Under the pieces are notes generated by a model. The model was given only the letters and a program-made list of their open reading frames with translations. It was not told the origin of the DNA and searched no databases. Shown piece after piece: positions 7,751 to 15,150 of a stretch of DNA of 32,000 bases. Origin of the DNA: Moraxella nasicaprae (GTDB lineage Bacteria; Pseudomonadota; Gammaproteobacteria; Pseudomonadales; Moraxellaceae). The position numbers were made by a program, and so were the translations under genes. The stretch covers positions 510,001 through 542,000 of the forward strand of contig NZ_CP089977.1 in assembly GCF_025643275.1 (NCBI RefSeq). Direction: 5' to 3'. Each line of letters starts with the position of its first letter. Position 1 is the first letter of the stretch.

Positions 7751-7764
7751 AAAAGGAGCAATCA

Positions 7765-8001
7765 ATGATTGTGTTAGACTTACCCCAAGAAACCATTCAA
7801 GTGATTGAACAAGTGGCTCAAAAAAATGGGCAAAGCATTCAAGATTTTATTACCATTAGTGCTTATGAAAAAGCCTTACAATCTTTTGCCAAGCCAAAAG
7901 ACGTGATGTTATTGACCGACTTTATTAAGGGCAAAAAATTACAGGGCTTTCAAGGTGATCCAGTGGCAGTCCAAAGGGCAATGCGTGATGAGTGGAACTA
8001 G
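7765..8001 (+). CDS. vapB: Type II antitoxin (RHH-like, VapB-type partner of the PIN toxin)
   Basis: The 78-aa product follows an AGGAG SD at 7753-7757. Its N-terminus fits a beta-strand/helix/helix pattern (IVLDLPQETIQVIEQVAQKNGQSIQDFI). It overlaps the downstream PIN gene by 14 nt. Confidence 0.65.
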   Translation: MIVLDLPQETIQVIEQVAQKNGQSIQDFITISAYEKALQSFAKPKDVMLLTDFIKGKKLQGFQGDPVAVQRAMRDEWN

Positions 8002-8359
8002 CTATTTGTTGGACACTTGCTTTATTTTGGGTTTGTACAATGGTAATGTAGATGCACTTGCCAAAATGGCTGGCGTCAATTTAAATGAATGTACGGTAAG
8101 TATCATTAATGAAATTGAACTTTTAGGTTATCAGAATATTAACTCTACTGATGAGCAAGAGTTGAAAGAACTTTTAAATCATCTGACGATTTTAGGGCTT
8201 GATACTGCTGTTAAATCTAAAACCATCGAACTAAGGAAACGCCATAAAATCAAATTGCCAGATGCCATTGTATTGGCAACCGCATTAACGCACAATGTAG
8301 AATTATTAAGCCTTGATACAGGTTTGATGAATAAATACCAACAAGAAATTTACGCTTAG
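7988..8359 (+). CDS. vapC: PIN-domain ribonuclease toxin VapC
   Basis: This is the in-frame ATG at 7988 of track ORF 7955-8359 (MSGTSYLLDTCFILG). The acidic PIN residues are in context: LLDTC, NEIELL, LPDAIV and SLDTG. Confidence 0.8.
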   Translation: MSGTSYLLDTCFILGLYNGNVDALAKMAGVNLNECTVSIINEIELLGYQNINSTDEQELKELLNHLTILGLDTAVKSKTIELRKRHKIKLPDAIVLATALTHNVELLSLDTGLMNKYQQEIYA

Positions 8360-8364
8360 GAAAT

Positions 8365-9909
8365 ATGATGACAACCCCCCTACTTCACGCCATTTTACAA
8401 TCTACCGTCTATGATGTCGCTCATCGCACACCCTTAGAAAAAGCCCATAAATTATCGGCTCGCTTTAATAACGACATTCGCCTAAAACGAGAGGATTTAC
8501 AGCCTGTATTTAGCTTCAAACTGCGTGGGGCGTACAACAAAATCAGCCAGCTTACAGATGACGAAAAAGAGGCAGGGGTGATTTGTGCTTCTGCTGGCAA
8601 CCACGCACAGGGCGTGGCATTTTCAGCACACAAATTGGGGCTAAAAAATTTGATTGTGATGCCCAAAACCACCCCAGACATCAAGGTGCAAGCGGTCAAA
8701 AACTTGGGCGGTACGGTGCATTTGCACGGCGATAGCTTTGATGAAGCCAACCGCTTTGCCATTGACAAGGCACAGAGTGAGGGTATGACCTACATCGCCC
8801 CTTATGACGATGAAAAAGTCATCGCAGGACAAGGCACGGTGGGGCTTGAAATCAGCCAAGACTGGCGTGAGGTGGATTATGTCTTTGTGGCGTGTGGGGG
8901 CGGTGGGCTACTTGCAGGCGTGGCAGGGTTTTTGGGGGCGATTGCACCACACATCAAGGTGATTGCCGTTGAGCCAGAGGGGGCGGCGTGCCTAAAAGCG
9001 GCGTTCGAGGTCGGCAAGCCTGTCAAACTGCCCCAAGTGTCACTCTTTGCGGACGGTGTGGCAGTCGCCCAAATTGGTCAAAAGCCCTTTGAAGTCATCA
9101 CAATGCCCAAATCAGACGGCACAGGGGCGGTGGTTGAAAAAGAAGTGATTACCTGCAATAACGATGAGATTTGTGCGGCGATTAAGGATATTTTTGAAGA
9201 AAATCGCTCTATTGTGGAGACGGCTGGGGCTTTGGCGGTCGCTGGTCTTAAAAAATATATCAAAATCAATAAGTTAAAAGGTAAAAACTGCATTGCCATC
9301 ATCTCAGGGGCAAACATTAACTTTGACCGCCTAAGATATGTTGCCGAACGCACCGAAATTGGCGAAAATAAAGAGGCGATTTTTGCGGTGGAGCTACCCG
9401 AACAAACAGGGGCGTTTTTGGACTTTTGTCGCACGCTACAAGGTCGCAATATTACCGAATTTAACTACCGCTTAGACAGCACAAACCCAAGCGTTGCCCA
9501 AGTGTTTGTCGGCATTGGCTTAAAAGATGGTCAGAGTGAACGCACCACCATTATGGACAATCTGGGCAAAGGGGGCTACACCGCCTTTGACTTAACCGAT
9601 GATGAAGTTGCCAAAACACACATTCGCTATTTGATTGGCGGACACGGCAGACTAGGCGATGAAAAGCTGTTTCGTGTGATGTTCCCAGAACGCCCCAACG
9701 CCTTATTAAACTTTTTGGAAAAATTGGGACAAGATTTTAATGTAACCTTGTTTCACTATCGCAATCACGGAGCGGCAGAAGGGCGAGTATTGGTGGGGCT
9801 GCAAGCCAGTGCTGGCTCATCACGGCAGATTGTGGACGCTTTAAATGACATTGGTTATTTTTGTGAAGATTTGACGGATAATGTGGGGTATGGGGTGTTT
9901 TTGAAATGA
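8365..9909 (+). CDS. ilvA: Threonine ammonia-lyase, biosynthetic (threonine deaminase)
   Basis: The 514-aa product has the PLP lysine motif FSFKLRGAYNK and a C-terminal duplicated regulatory domain. The start is the ATG at 8365 or 8368, and its SD (AGGA, 8358-8361) overlaps the vapC stop codon. Confidence 0.92.
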   Translation: MMTTPLLHAILQSTVYDVAHRTPLEKAHKLSARFNNDIRLKREDLQPVFSFKLRGAYNKISQLTDDEKEAGVICASAGNHAQGVAFSAHKLGLKNLIVMPKTTPDIKVQAVKNLGGTVHLHGDSFDEANRFAIDKAQSEGMTYIAPYDDEKVIAGQGTVGLEISQDWREVDYVFVACGGGGLLAGVAGFLGAIAPHIKVIAVEPEGAACLKAAFEVGKPVKLPQVSLFADGVAVAQIGQKPFEVITMPKSDGTGAVVEKEVITCNNDEICAAIKDIFEENRSIVETAGALAVAGLKKYIKINKLKGKNCIAIISGANINFDRLRYVAERTEIGENKEAIFAVELPEQTGAFLDFCRTLQGRNITEFNYRLDSTNPSVAQVFVGIGLKDGQSERTTIMDNLGKGGYTAFDLTDDEVAKTHIRYLIGGHGRLGDEKLFRVMFPERPNALLNFLEKLGQDFNVTLFHYRNHGAAEGRVLVGLQASAGSSRQIVDALNDIGYFCEDLTDNVGYGVFLK

Positions 9910-10430
9910 CCCTAAGCTTTAAAAAACCAACGCTTGATGACAAACAGGCGGTACTCACCTTTAAAAACGCCTATTTAGCACATTATGATGAAACTGGCAT
10001 TCACGGCGGAGCAGAATTGGCTTGCTTTGATGAGACCAATTTTGATAAATGGCTAGATTATGTCAATGCCCCTGTTGGCACAAATTTATTTGGTTACGAT
10101 AAAGTGGTTGATGATACTTTTATTATCTATCAAGACAATCAGGTGGTGGGTATTGTCAATATTCGCTATGAATTAACTGAATTTTTATTAAAAATCGGTG
10201 GTCATATTGGTTATAGCACGCACCCAGACTTTCAAGGGCAAGGTATTGCCAAAAATGCCCTTGCCTTTGGCTTATCAGTCCTAAAAGATAAAAAAATTGA
10301 TAAAGCCCTAATTACTTGTGATGATAAAAATATTGGCTCATCAAAAGTCATTGAATCTAATGGCGGTATTTTGGAAAATATACTGCCCTTTAATGATAAA
10401 ATGATTAGACGCTATTGGATTATACTATGA
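9906..10430 (+). CDS. GNAT-family N-acetyltransferase (COG3981-like)
   Basis: The 174-aa product has the acetyl-CoA motif HPDFQGQGIAKNAL. Its ATG overlaps the ilvA TGA (ATGA at 9906-9909). The gene is AT-rich. Confidence 0.75.
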   Translation: MTLSFKKPTLDDKQAVLTFKNAYLAHYDETGIHGGAELACFDETNFDKWLDYVNAPVGTNLFGYDKVVDDTFIIYQDNQVVGIVNIRYELTEFLLKIGGHIGYSTHPDFQGQGIAKNALAFGLSVLKDKKIDKALITCDDKNIGSSKVIESNGGILENILPFNDKMIRRYWIIL

Positions 10431-10831
10431 TAACACTTGATACGATAGACATAAATACCCTGCCCCATTGGTCATTTGGCGACAGTCCCGAAATGGCGGA
10501 CGAACTTGTCCAGCTTGTATTAAACGGCAAAAAAACCTTAACTTGTACTGCTCTAATTTGGCATTTAGAAGAAAATGACAAAACTTTGGTTGGTGGATTT
10601 GAAGTCATCACAGACGGCAGGGACACGCCAAAATGCATGGTACAGCTCACCGCCCAATTTATCAAAAATTTTGATGAAGTTGATGAGGATTTGGCAAGAA
10701 AAGAAGGTGAAGGCGATTTGTCATTAGCGTATTGGCGAGCTGCCCATCAAGAATTTTTTGAACGCTATGGCGTATTTGATGAAAAGATGGGTTTGTTATT
10801 TACAGAATTTAAAGTCGTTAAGGCGTTATGA
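10427..10831 (+). CDS. ASCH-domain protein (YhfF/YqfB-like)
   Basis: WSFGDSPEMADELVQLVLNGKKT and KEGEGDLSLAYWRAAHQEFF match the ASCH (COG4405) pattern as I recall it. I chose the ATG at 10427 because it forms an ATGA overlap with the upstream stop. The track start is 10415. Confidence 0.75.
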   Translation: MITLDTIDINTLPHWSFGDSPEMADELVQLVLNGKKTLTCTALIWHLEENDKTLVGGFEVITDGRDTPKCMVQLTAQFIKNFDEVDEDLARKEGEGDLSLAYWRAAHQEFFERYGVFDEKMGLLFTEFKVVKAL

Positions 10832-11292
10832 TAACATTAAGATTTTATCAAAAATCGGATAATTCGGATTTGAATTATTTATTAAATGACGAACAGGCAG
10901 AATTTACTGCTTTGCCAAATTATTGGTTTGATGACAATCGCCAAACCTCTTATAAAATCGTTATTTGTGACAACCATCAGCCGATTGGCTTTTTTGTGCT
11001 TGATGATGGCGATGATAAGTTTGATTATACCGATGACAAAAGTGCTTTATTATTGCGGTCAATGTCCATCAATCCAAACTTTCAAGGTAAGGGCTATGGC
11101 GAATTGGCATTGTTAAATTTAAATGAATTTATTGATACACAGCAAATCTCTTCTAATAAGATTGTACTTGGGGTAAATCATAAAAACATTGCCGCCCAAA
11201 AACTCTATAAAAAAGTAGGATTTATAAAAAGTGAAAGAACTTATATGGGTATTAAAGGCTTGCAATATGTCTATGAATTAAATTTATATTAA
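10828..11292 (+). CDS. GNAT-family N-acetyltransferase (second, unrelated copy)
   Basis: The 154-aa product has INPNFQGKGYGELAL and NIAAQKLYKKVGF (GNAT motifs A and B). It has an ATGA overlap with the ASCH stop at 10828-10831. This is the most AT-rich coding region I counted. Confidence 0.75.
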   Translation: MITLRFYQKSDNSDLNYLLNDEQAEFTALPNYWFDDNRQTSYKIVICDNHQPIGFFVLDDGDDKFDYTDDKSALLLRSMSINPNFQGKGYGELALLNLNEFIDTQQISSNKIVLGVNHKNIAAQKLYKKVGFIKSERTYMGIKGLQYVYELNLY

Positions 11293-11305
11293 ATTGGAAA
11301 ATGCA

Positions 11306-11710
11306 ATGAGTGAAAAAGAATCTTTATTAAAAGTGCGAGCCGACAAATGGCTATGGGCGGCACGCTTTTTTAAAACTCGCACCCTTGCCAAAGAAGCGAT
11401 AGAGAGTGGCAAAGTGCAAATGAACGGCTCAAAAATCAAAGTTAGTAAAGAACTACAAGTAGGCGACACCTTGTCCATTCGTCAAGGACACGCCACTCGC
11501 CTAGAAGAAAAAGTGGTGGTCATCAAAGCCTTATCCGACAACAGGGGCAATGCCACCATCGCCCAAACTTTGTACGAAGAGACTGCCGAAAGCCTTGCCA
11601 ATCGTGAGTTTATGAAAGAACAACGAAAACTTGATAATTTGGCTCGCCCCGATACCAAGCCCAACAAAAAAGAACGCAGGGATTTGGCAAAATTTAGAGA
11701 AAATTTTTAA
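11306..11710 (+). CDS. hslR: Ribosome-associated heat-shock protein Hsp15 (S4-domain RNA-binding)
   Basis: RADKWLWAARFFKTRTLAKEAIESGKVQMNG is a typical Hsp15 block. The track start at 11294 is a TTG, and the first ATG is at 11306. Confidence 0.85.
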   Translation: MSEKESLLKVRADKWLWAARFFKTRTLAKEAIESGKVQMNGSKIKVSKELQVGDTLSIRQGHATRLEEKVVVIKALSDNRGNATIAQTLYEETAESLANREFMKEQRKLDNLARPDTKPNKKERRDLAKFRENF

Positions 11711-11728
11711 AATAATTATTAGGAAAAA

Positions 11729-12181
11729 ATGATGAACTTACCAAAATCTGTGTTATTGGTCTGTCTTGGTAATATTTGTAGAAGTCCATCTGCCGAAAGT
11801 GTGATGAGAAAACTTAGCCAAAATCAAGGGCTTGATATTAGTTTTGATTCGGCAGGTACGGCAAATTATCATACCAATGAAGCTCCTGACCCCCGAGCGA
11901 TAAAGGTAGGCAAAAGTTTGGGTTATGATTTATCCACACTACGGGCAAGGCAAGTTGTCAAAGAAGATTTTTATCGTTTTGATGTGATTTTGGCGATGGA
12001 CGAGAATAATTTGACAAATCTGCAAAAATTACAGCCATCAGATGGCACAGCTCGCCTAGCATTATTTGATCCGACAGGGCAAGCGGTGGCTGACCCGTAT
12101 TATGGCAATGACATAGACTTTGAACAGATGTTTGCCCATATTGAGCAGGTGGTTAATGCTCGCCTAGATGCTTGGCGATGA
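11729..12181 (+). CDS. Low-molecular-weight protein-tyrosine phosphatase
   Basis: The P-loop is VCLGNICRSPSAE (CX5R-S), with a DPYYG loop near the C-terminus. The product is 150 aa. Confidence 0.88.
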   Translation: MMNLPKSVLLVCLGNICRSPSAESVMRKLSQNQGLDISFDSAGTANYHTNEAPDPRAIKVGKSLGYDLSTLRARQVVKEDFYRFDVILAMDENNLTNLQKLQPSDGTARLALFDPTGQAVADPYYGNDIDFEQMFAHIEQVVNARLDAWR

Positions 12182-12187
12182 TGAGTG

Positions 12188-12216
12188 TTTACACGCTACT
12201 CATAACTGGCTATAAT
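12188..12216 (+). promoter_or_regulatory. Sigma70-type promoter upstream of murB (TTTACA-N17-TATAAT)
   Basis: TTTACA lies at 12188-12193 and TATAAT at 12211-12216 with a 17-nt spacer. Confidence 0.45.
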
Positions 12217-12250
12217 AATCAGTATTAGCCCATCATACCGATACCTATCT

Positions 12251-13309
12251 ATGTCAGACACTCATCAAATTCATCACAACTACGACTTATCCAAGCACAA
12301 TACGATGGCTTTAAGCTGTATTGCAGACACAGCCATTATTTTGCATGATGAGGCGGCATTACCCACGCTTGACTTGACATCTTTTTTTGTCCTGTCTGGC
12401 GGTAGCAATGTGCTACTACCCAGTCGTCTGCACACCACCGTGCTACTACCAAGAATGATGGGCATCAAGACAGTATCCGAAGATGACAAACAAATCATTC
12501 TCAGCGTCAAAGCAGGAGAAGATTGGCACAAGCTGGTCACTCACTGTGTCCATCAAGGCTGGTATGGATTAGAAAATCTTGCCCTCATTCCTGGTTTGGC
12601 AGGAGCGGCACCTGTTCAAAACATTGGAGCCTATGGGGTTCAGCTTGAAGATGTGCTGGTGTCGGTGCGTGCATTCGATTGGCAAACTCGCAGTTTTGTC
12701 ACCCTAAGCCGTGATGACTGCCACTTTGCCTATCGTCATAGTATTTTTAAGGACAATCCAGAGCGATATTTGATTGTTGCCATTGACATCTGTTTGCACA
12801 AAGACCCAACTCGCTATAACAGCAGCTATGGCGATTTACACGCTTATGCCCAAAAACTTGCTGATGAGCAAGCTCGCCCCATCACGCCTGCCGATGTGTA
12901 TCAAGCAGTCATCGCCATTCGCCAAAGCAAATTGCCCGACCCCAAAGTGCTGGCAAATTGTGGCTCGTTCTTTCAAAACCCCATCATCGCCACCGCTCAA
13001 TACAACACCCTAAAAGAGCAATACCCCACTCTGCCAAACTATCTGGTTGATGACGAGCATGTCAAAGTACCCGCAGGCTGGCTCATCGACCAAGCAGGGC
13101 TAAAAGGCTTGGGTGTTGCCCCCATCTTGACCCATCAAAAGCAGGCACTTGTCCTAACCAATCACGCCCCACAAGTCGCCACCCAAGCCGACATCAAGAC
13201 CGCCCAAACTTTCATCATCGACACCGTGTTTGACAAATTTGGCATTCGCTTGGTGCGTGAACCTGTCTGGGTGCGTGAAAATGGGCAAATTGGCGAGAAT
13301 CAGTCTTGA
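12251..13309 (+). CDS. murB: UDP-N-acetylenolpyruvoylglucosamine reductase
   Basis: The 352-aa product has an FAD-binding N-terminal domain (GGGSNVL-type SGGSNVLL; NIGAYGV) and a MurB C-terminal domain (CGSFFQNP, AGWLID). Confidence 0.9.
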   Translation: MSDTHQIHHNYDLSKHNTMALSCIADTAIILHDEAALPTLDLTSFFVLSGGSNVLLPSRLHTTVLLPRMMGIKTVSEDDKQIILSVKAGEDWHKLVTHCVHQGWYGLENLALIPGLAGAAPVQNIGAYGVQLEDVLVSVRAFDWQTRSFVTLSRDDCHFAYRHSIFKDNPERYLIVAIDICLHKDPTRYNSSYGDLHAYAQKLADEQARPITPADVYQAVIAIRQSKLPDPKVLANCGSFFQNPIIATAQYNTLKEQYPTLPNYLVDDEHVKVPAGWLIDQAGLKGLGVAPILTHQKQALVLTNHAPQVATQADIKTAQTFIIDTVFDKFGIRLVREPVWVRENGQIGENQS

Positions 13310-13395
13310 TTTTAGCAATAGTATAGCAATAAAATCACAACAATATAGATACAATATAACGCTTGACTGCCCAAAAAATAATCAGCATGCTGACG

Positions 13396-13425
13396 ATGCA
13401 GAAGACGGCATTTCTGCATATTTGT
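13396..13425 (+). terminator. Possible terminator after murB
   Basis: atgcagaa (13396-13403) pairs with ttctgcat (13412-13419), followed by atttgtt. The stem is 8 bp and the U-run is weak. Confidence 0.4.
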
Positions 13426-13452
13426 TAAACACCATGTAAAACAGGAGTTGCT

Positions 13453-13773
13453 ATGTTTAATAAATTTGTCATGTTGTCTGCCATGCTTATATTGGCTTTT
13501 GGTGTACAAAACACATCGGCATACCATAGTGAAGTTAGTTCATACTTTAAGGAAATAGACTTTCAAAACAAATCTAGGGAATTGCAAGAAGTCAAAGCAA
13601 GGATAAAAGAGCTTGAAGAAAGAGAAGTTCGTACTTGGCAGCGCGATCACTGTCGTGGTCGCTGGTGTCGCCAAATTCCACCCACGCAGGAATTTAAGCA
13701 CATCAATAAACACGACTTTGAACATGAAAAAGCAAACACTCAGGAGATAAGCCATGACAGCACAGAACCTTAA
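13453..13773 (+). CDS. Small secreted hypothetical protein (signal peptide, charged helical region, C-x4-C pair)
   Basis: An AGGAG SD lies 6 nt upstream. The N-terminus MFNKFVMLSAMLILAFGVQNTSA looks like a Sec signal. It is followed by ELQEVKARIKELEEREVRTWQRDHCRGRWC. I recognise no family. Confidence 0.55.
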   Translation: MFNKFVMLSAMLILAFGVQNTSAYHSEVSSYFKEIDFQNKSRELQEVKARIKELEEREVRTWQRDHCRGRWCRQIPPTQEFKHINKHDFEHEKANTQEISHDSTEP

Positions 13774-14011
13774 TACAAGAAAAGGGGTAAGCTGGCTATA
13801 TGTCATCGTCGCTACGCTATCCATCTTAGTGGTGTGTCTGATTTACTGGAATTATTCTTTGACCCGACAACTGGTAATCGCAGAAGATCAAATTGAGATG
13901 AATCGACTGCAACAGCGTATCACACAGTTGGAGCAAAATTACGAGCTCAACCAGCTTGCCAAAACGCAAGACCAGCTAAAACAGCAACTGTTGGCACAAG
14001 ACAATCGCTAA
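13754..14011 (+). CDS. Small bitopic membrane protein with a Gln/Leu-rich coiled-coil tail (hypothetical)
   Basis: An AGGAG SD lies 8 nt upstream. The gene overlaps the preceding ORF by 20 nt. It has one TM (WLYVIVATLSILVVCLIYW), then IEMNRLQQRITQLEQNYELNQLAKTQDQLKQQLL. A terminator follows. Confidence 0.55.
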   Translation: MTAQNLNTRKGVSWLYVIVATLSILVVCLIYWNYSLTRQLVIAEDQIEMNRLQQRITQLEQNYELNQLAKTQDQLKQQLLAQDNR

Positions 14012-14020
14012 TTTTAACAA

Positions 14021-14050
14021 ATACCGTCTCAATCTGAGGCGGTATTTTTT
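14021..14050 (+). terminator. Rho-independent terminator after the small-protein pair
   Basis: ataccgtctca (14021-14031) pairs with tgaggcggtat (14035-14045) with one G-U pair, followed by tttttt. Confidence 0.75.
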
Positions 14051-14070
14051 GATGACAAGTCTGCAAAAAA

Positions 14071-14079
14071 TGTTATAAT
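14071..14079 (+). promoter_or_regulatory. Extended -10 element (TGtTATAAT) upstream of the DUF218 gene
   Basis: tgttataat lies at 14071-14079, about 60 nt upstream of the ATG at 14138. Confidence 0.4.
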
Positions 14080-14137
14080 CACTTTCATTCTTGAAACACC
14101 CTGTGGTCATTTGTGCATTTTGCCAGTAGATTTTCCA

Positions 14138-14839
14138 ATGACAAACAAACGACTTATGCAGCTATTTTTGACCGCCATCATCATTGGTATTGTCATCATC
14201 ATTTGTGTCATCACACCGATTTTTTCTCGCCTATCGGTGTGGCTACTTGATGGTATTGCACATCAGCCACGACCACAAACTCCGCCACAGCTCATCGTAT
14301 TGCTGGGTGGTGGTCTTACCAAAAATCAACAACAAACCATCATACTCAATCATTACAGCCAAAGTCGTGCTGATACCGCCAATACACTACAACAACAAAG
14401 TAAATTGGCAATTTTGACCAGCGGTGTTGAGTCGCCTTGGCTGGGCGATTATCTAAGCAAAACCAACCCAAATGCCGTCATCATCGCCGAAAACGCCAGC
14501 ATGAATACCTGCGAAAATGCCAGATTTACCGCCAAATTGCTCGCTCATCACGAACTACCAACCAGTGTTTATCTGATTACAGATGCTTATCATATGGCTC
14601 GTGCCAGACGACAATTTGCCCAAGTTGGTATTAGCACCACCCCTTACGCCGCTCCACTTGCTGTCGGTCAAAATTGGCTAAGCCCCAAGACCAACCTGAC
14701 GCACTCTCGCCGTGCCTTGTACGAAATTGTCGCACTGATTCGAGACATCTATTCGCCACAAGATGACTGTCGCACGATGGACGAAATCAGCATCGAAGAA
14801 ATCAGCACGCCCAGACGGCAACCGCAGATATTTTTCTAA
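14138..14839 (+). CDS. DUF218/YdcF-family (ElyC/SanA-like) envelope protein
   Basis: It has an N-terminal TM, then LIVLLGGGL and VYLITDAYHMARARRQF, which are characteristic of DUF218. The track start at 14111 is non-ATG, and the first ATG is at 14138. Confidence 0.75.
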   Translation: MTNKRLMQLFLTAIIIGIVIIICVITPIFSRLSVWLLDGIAHQPRPQTPPQLIVLLGGGLTKNQQQTIILNHYSQSRADTANTLQQQSKLAILTSGVESPWLGDYLSKTNPNAVIIAENASMNTCENARFTAKLLAHHELPTSVYLITDAYHMARARRQFAQVGISTTPYAAPLAVGQNWLSPKTNLTHSRRALYEIVALIRDIYSPQDDCRTMDEISIEEISTPRRQPQIFF

Positions 14840-14895
14840 AATTGGTATTTTACCCAAACATTTATAGAAAATTTGATAAAAAATCACAAAATCAC

Positions 14896-14923
14896 TTGCA
14901 ATTATCCAAATTTTGGTTATAAT
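14896..14923 (+). promoter_or_regulatory. Promoter of the tRNA-Ser tandem (TTGCAA-N16-TATAAT) with an A-rich upstream region
   Basis: TTGCAA lies at 14896-14901 and TATAAT at 14918-14923. The 12-mer cacttgcaatta is shared with the tRNA-Lys promoter at 28015-28026. Confidence 0.6.
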
Positions 14924-14933
14924 ACCGCTCATT

Positions 14934-15024
14934 GGAAGCTTGGCAGAGCGGTTGAATGCACCGGTCTTGAAAACCGGCGTGGGTTTGTAGCCCACCGAGA
15001 GTTCGAATCTCTCAGCTTCCGCCA
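14934..15024 (+). tRNA. tRNA-Ser (anticodon UGA), copy 1
   Basis: The 91-nt gene has acceptor GGAAGCT/AGCTTCC, anticodon loop cTTGAaa, a long variable arm and an encoded CCA. It is nearly identical to E. coli tRNA-Ser(UGA) as I recall it. Confidence 0.93.
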
Positions 15025-15054
15025 TCTATTTTTACCAATTATTGTACCGCTTTT

Positions 15055-15145
15055 GGAAGCTTGGCAGAGCGGTTGAATGCACCGGTCTTGAAAACCGGCG
15101 TGGGTTTGTAGCCCACCGAGAGTTCGAATCTCTCAGCTTCCGCCA
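15055..15145 (+). tRNA. tRNA-Ser (anticodon UGA), copy 2 (identical tandem duplicate)
   Basis: It has the same 91-nt sequence as 14934-15024, offset by 121 bp. Confidence 0.93.
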
Positions 15146-15150
15146 TCATT

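Noticed and set aside
14678-15025. 115-aa minus-strand ORF in the track
   Set aside because: It runs antisense through the 3' end of the DUF218 gene and straight across tRNA-Ser copy 1. It has no SD and is explained by the tRNA and the neighbouring gene.
14934-15145. 121-bp periodic repeat that could superficially look like a repeat array or CRISPR. The same applies to 28088-28283.
   Set aside because: The repeated units are complete, foldable tRNA genes with CCA ends. There are only two copies and no cas genes.
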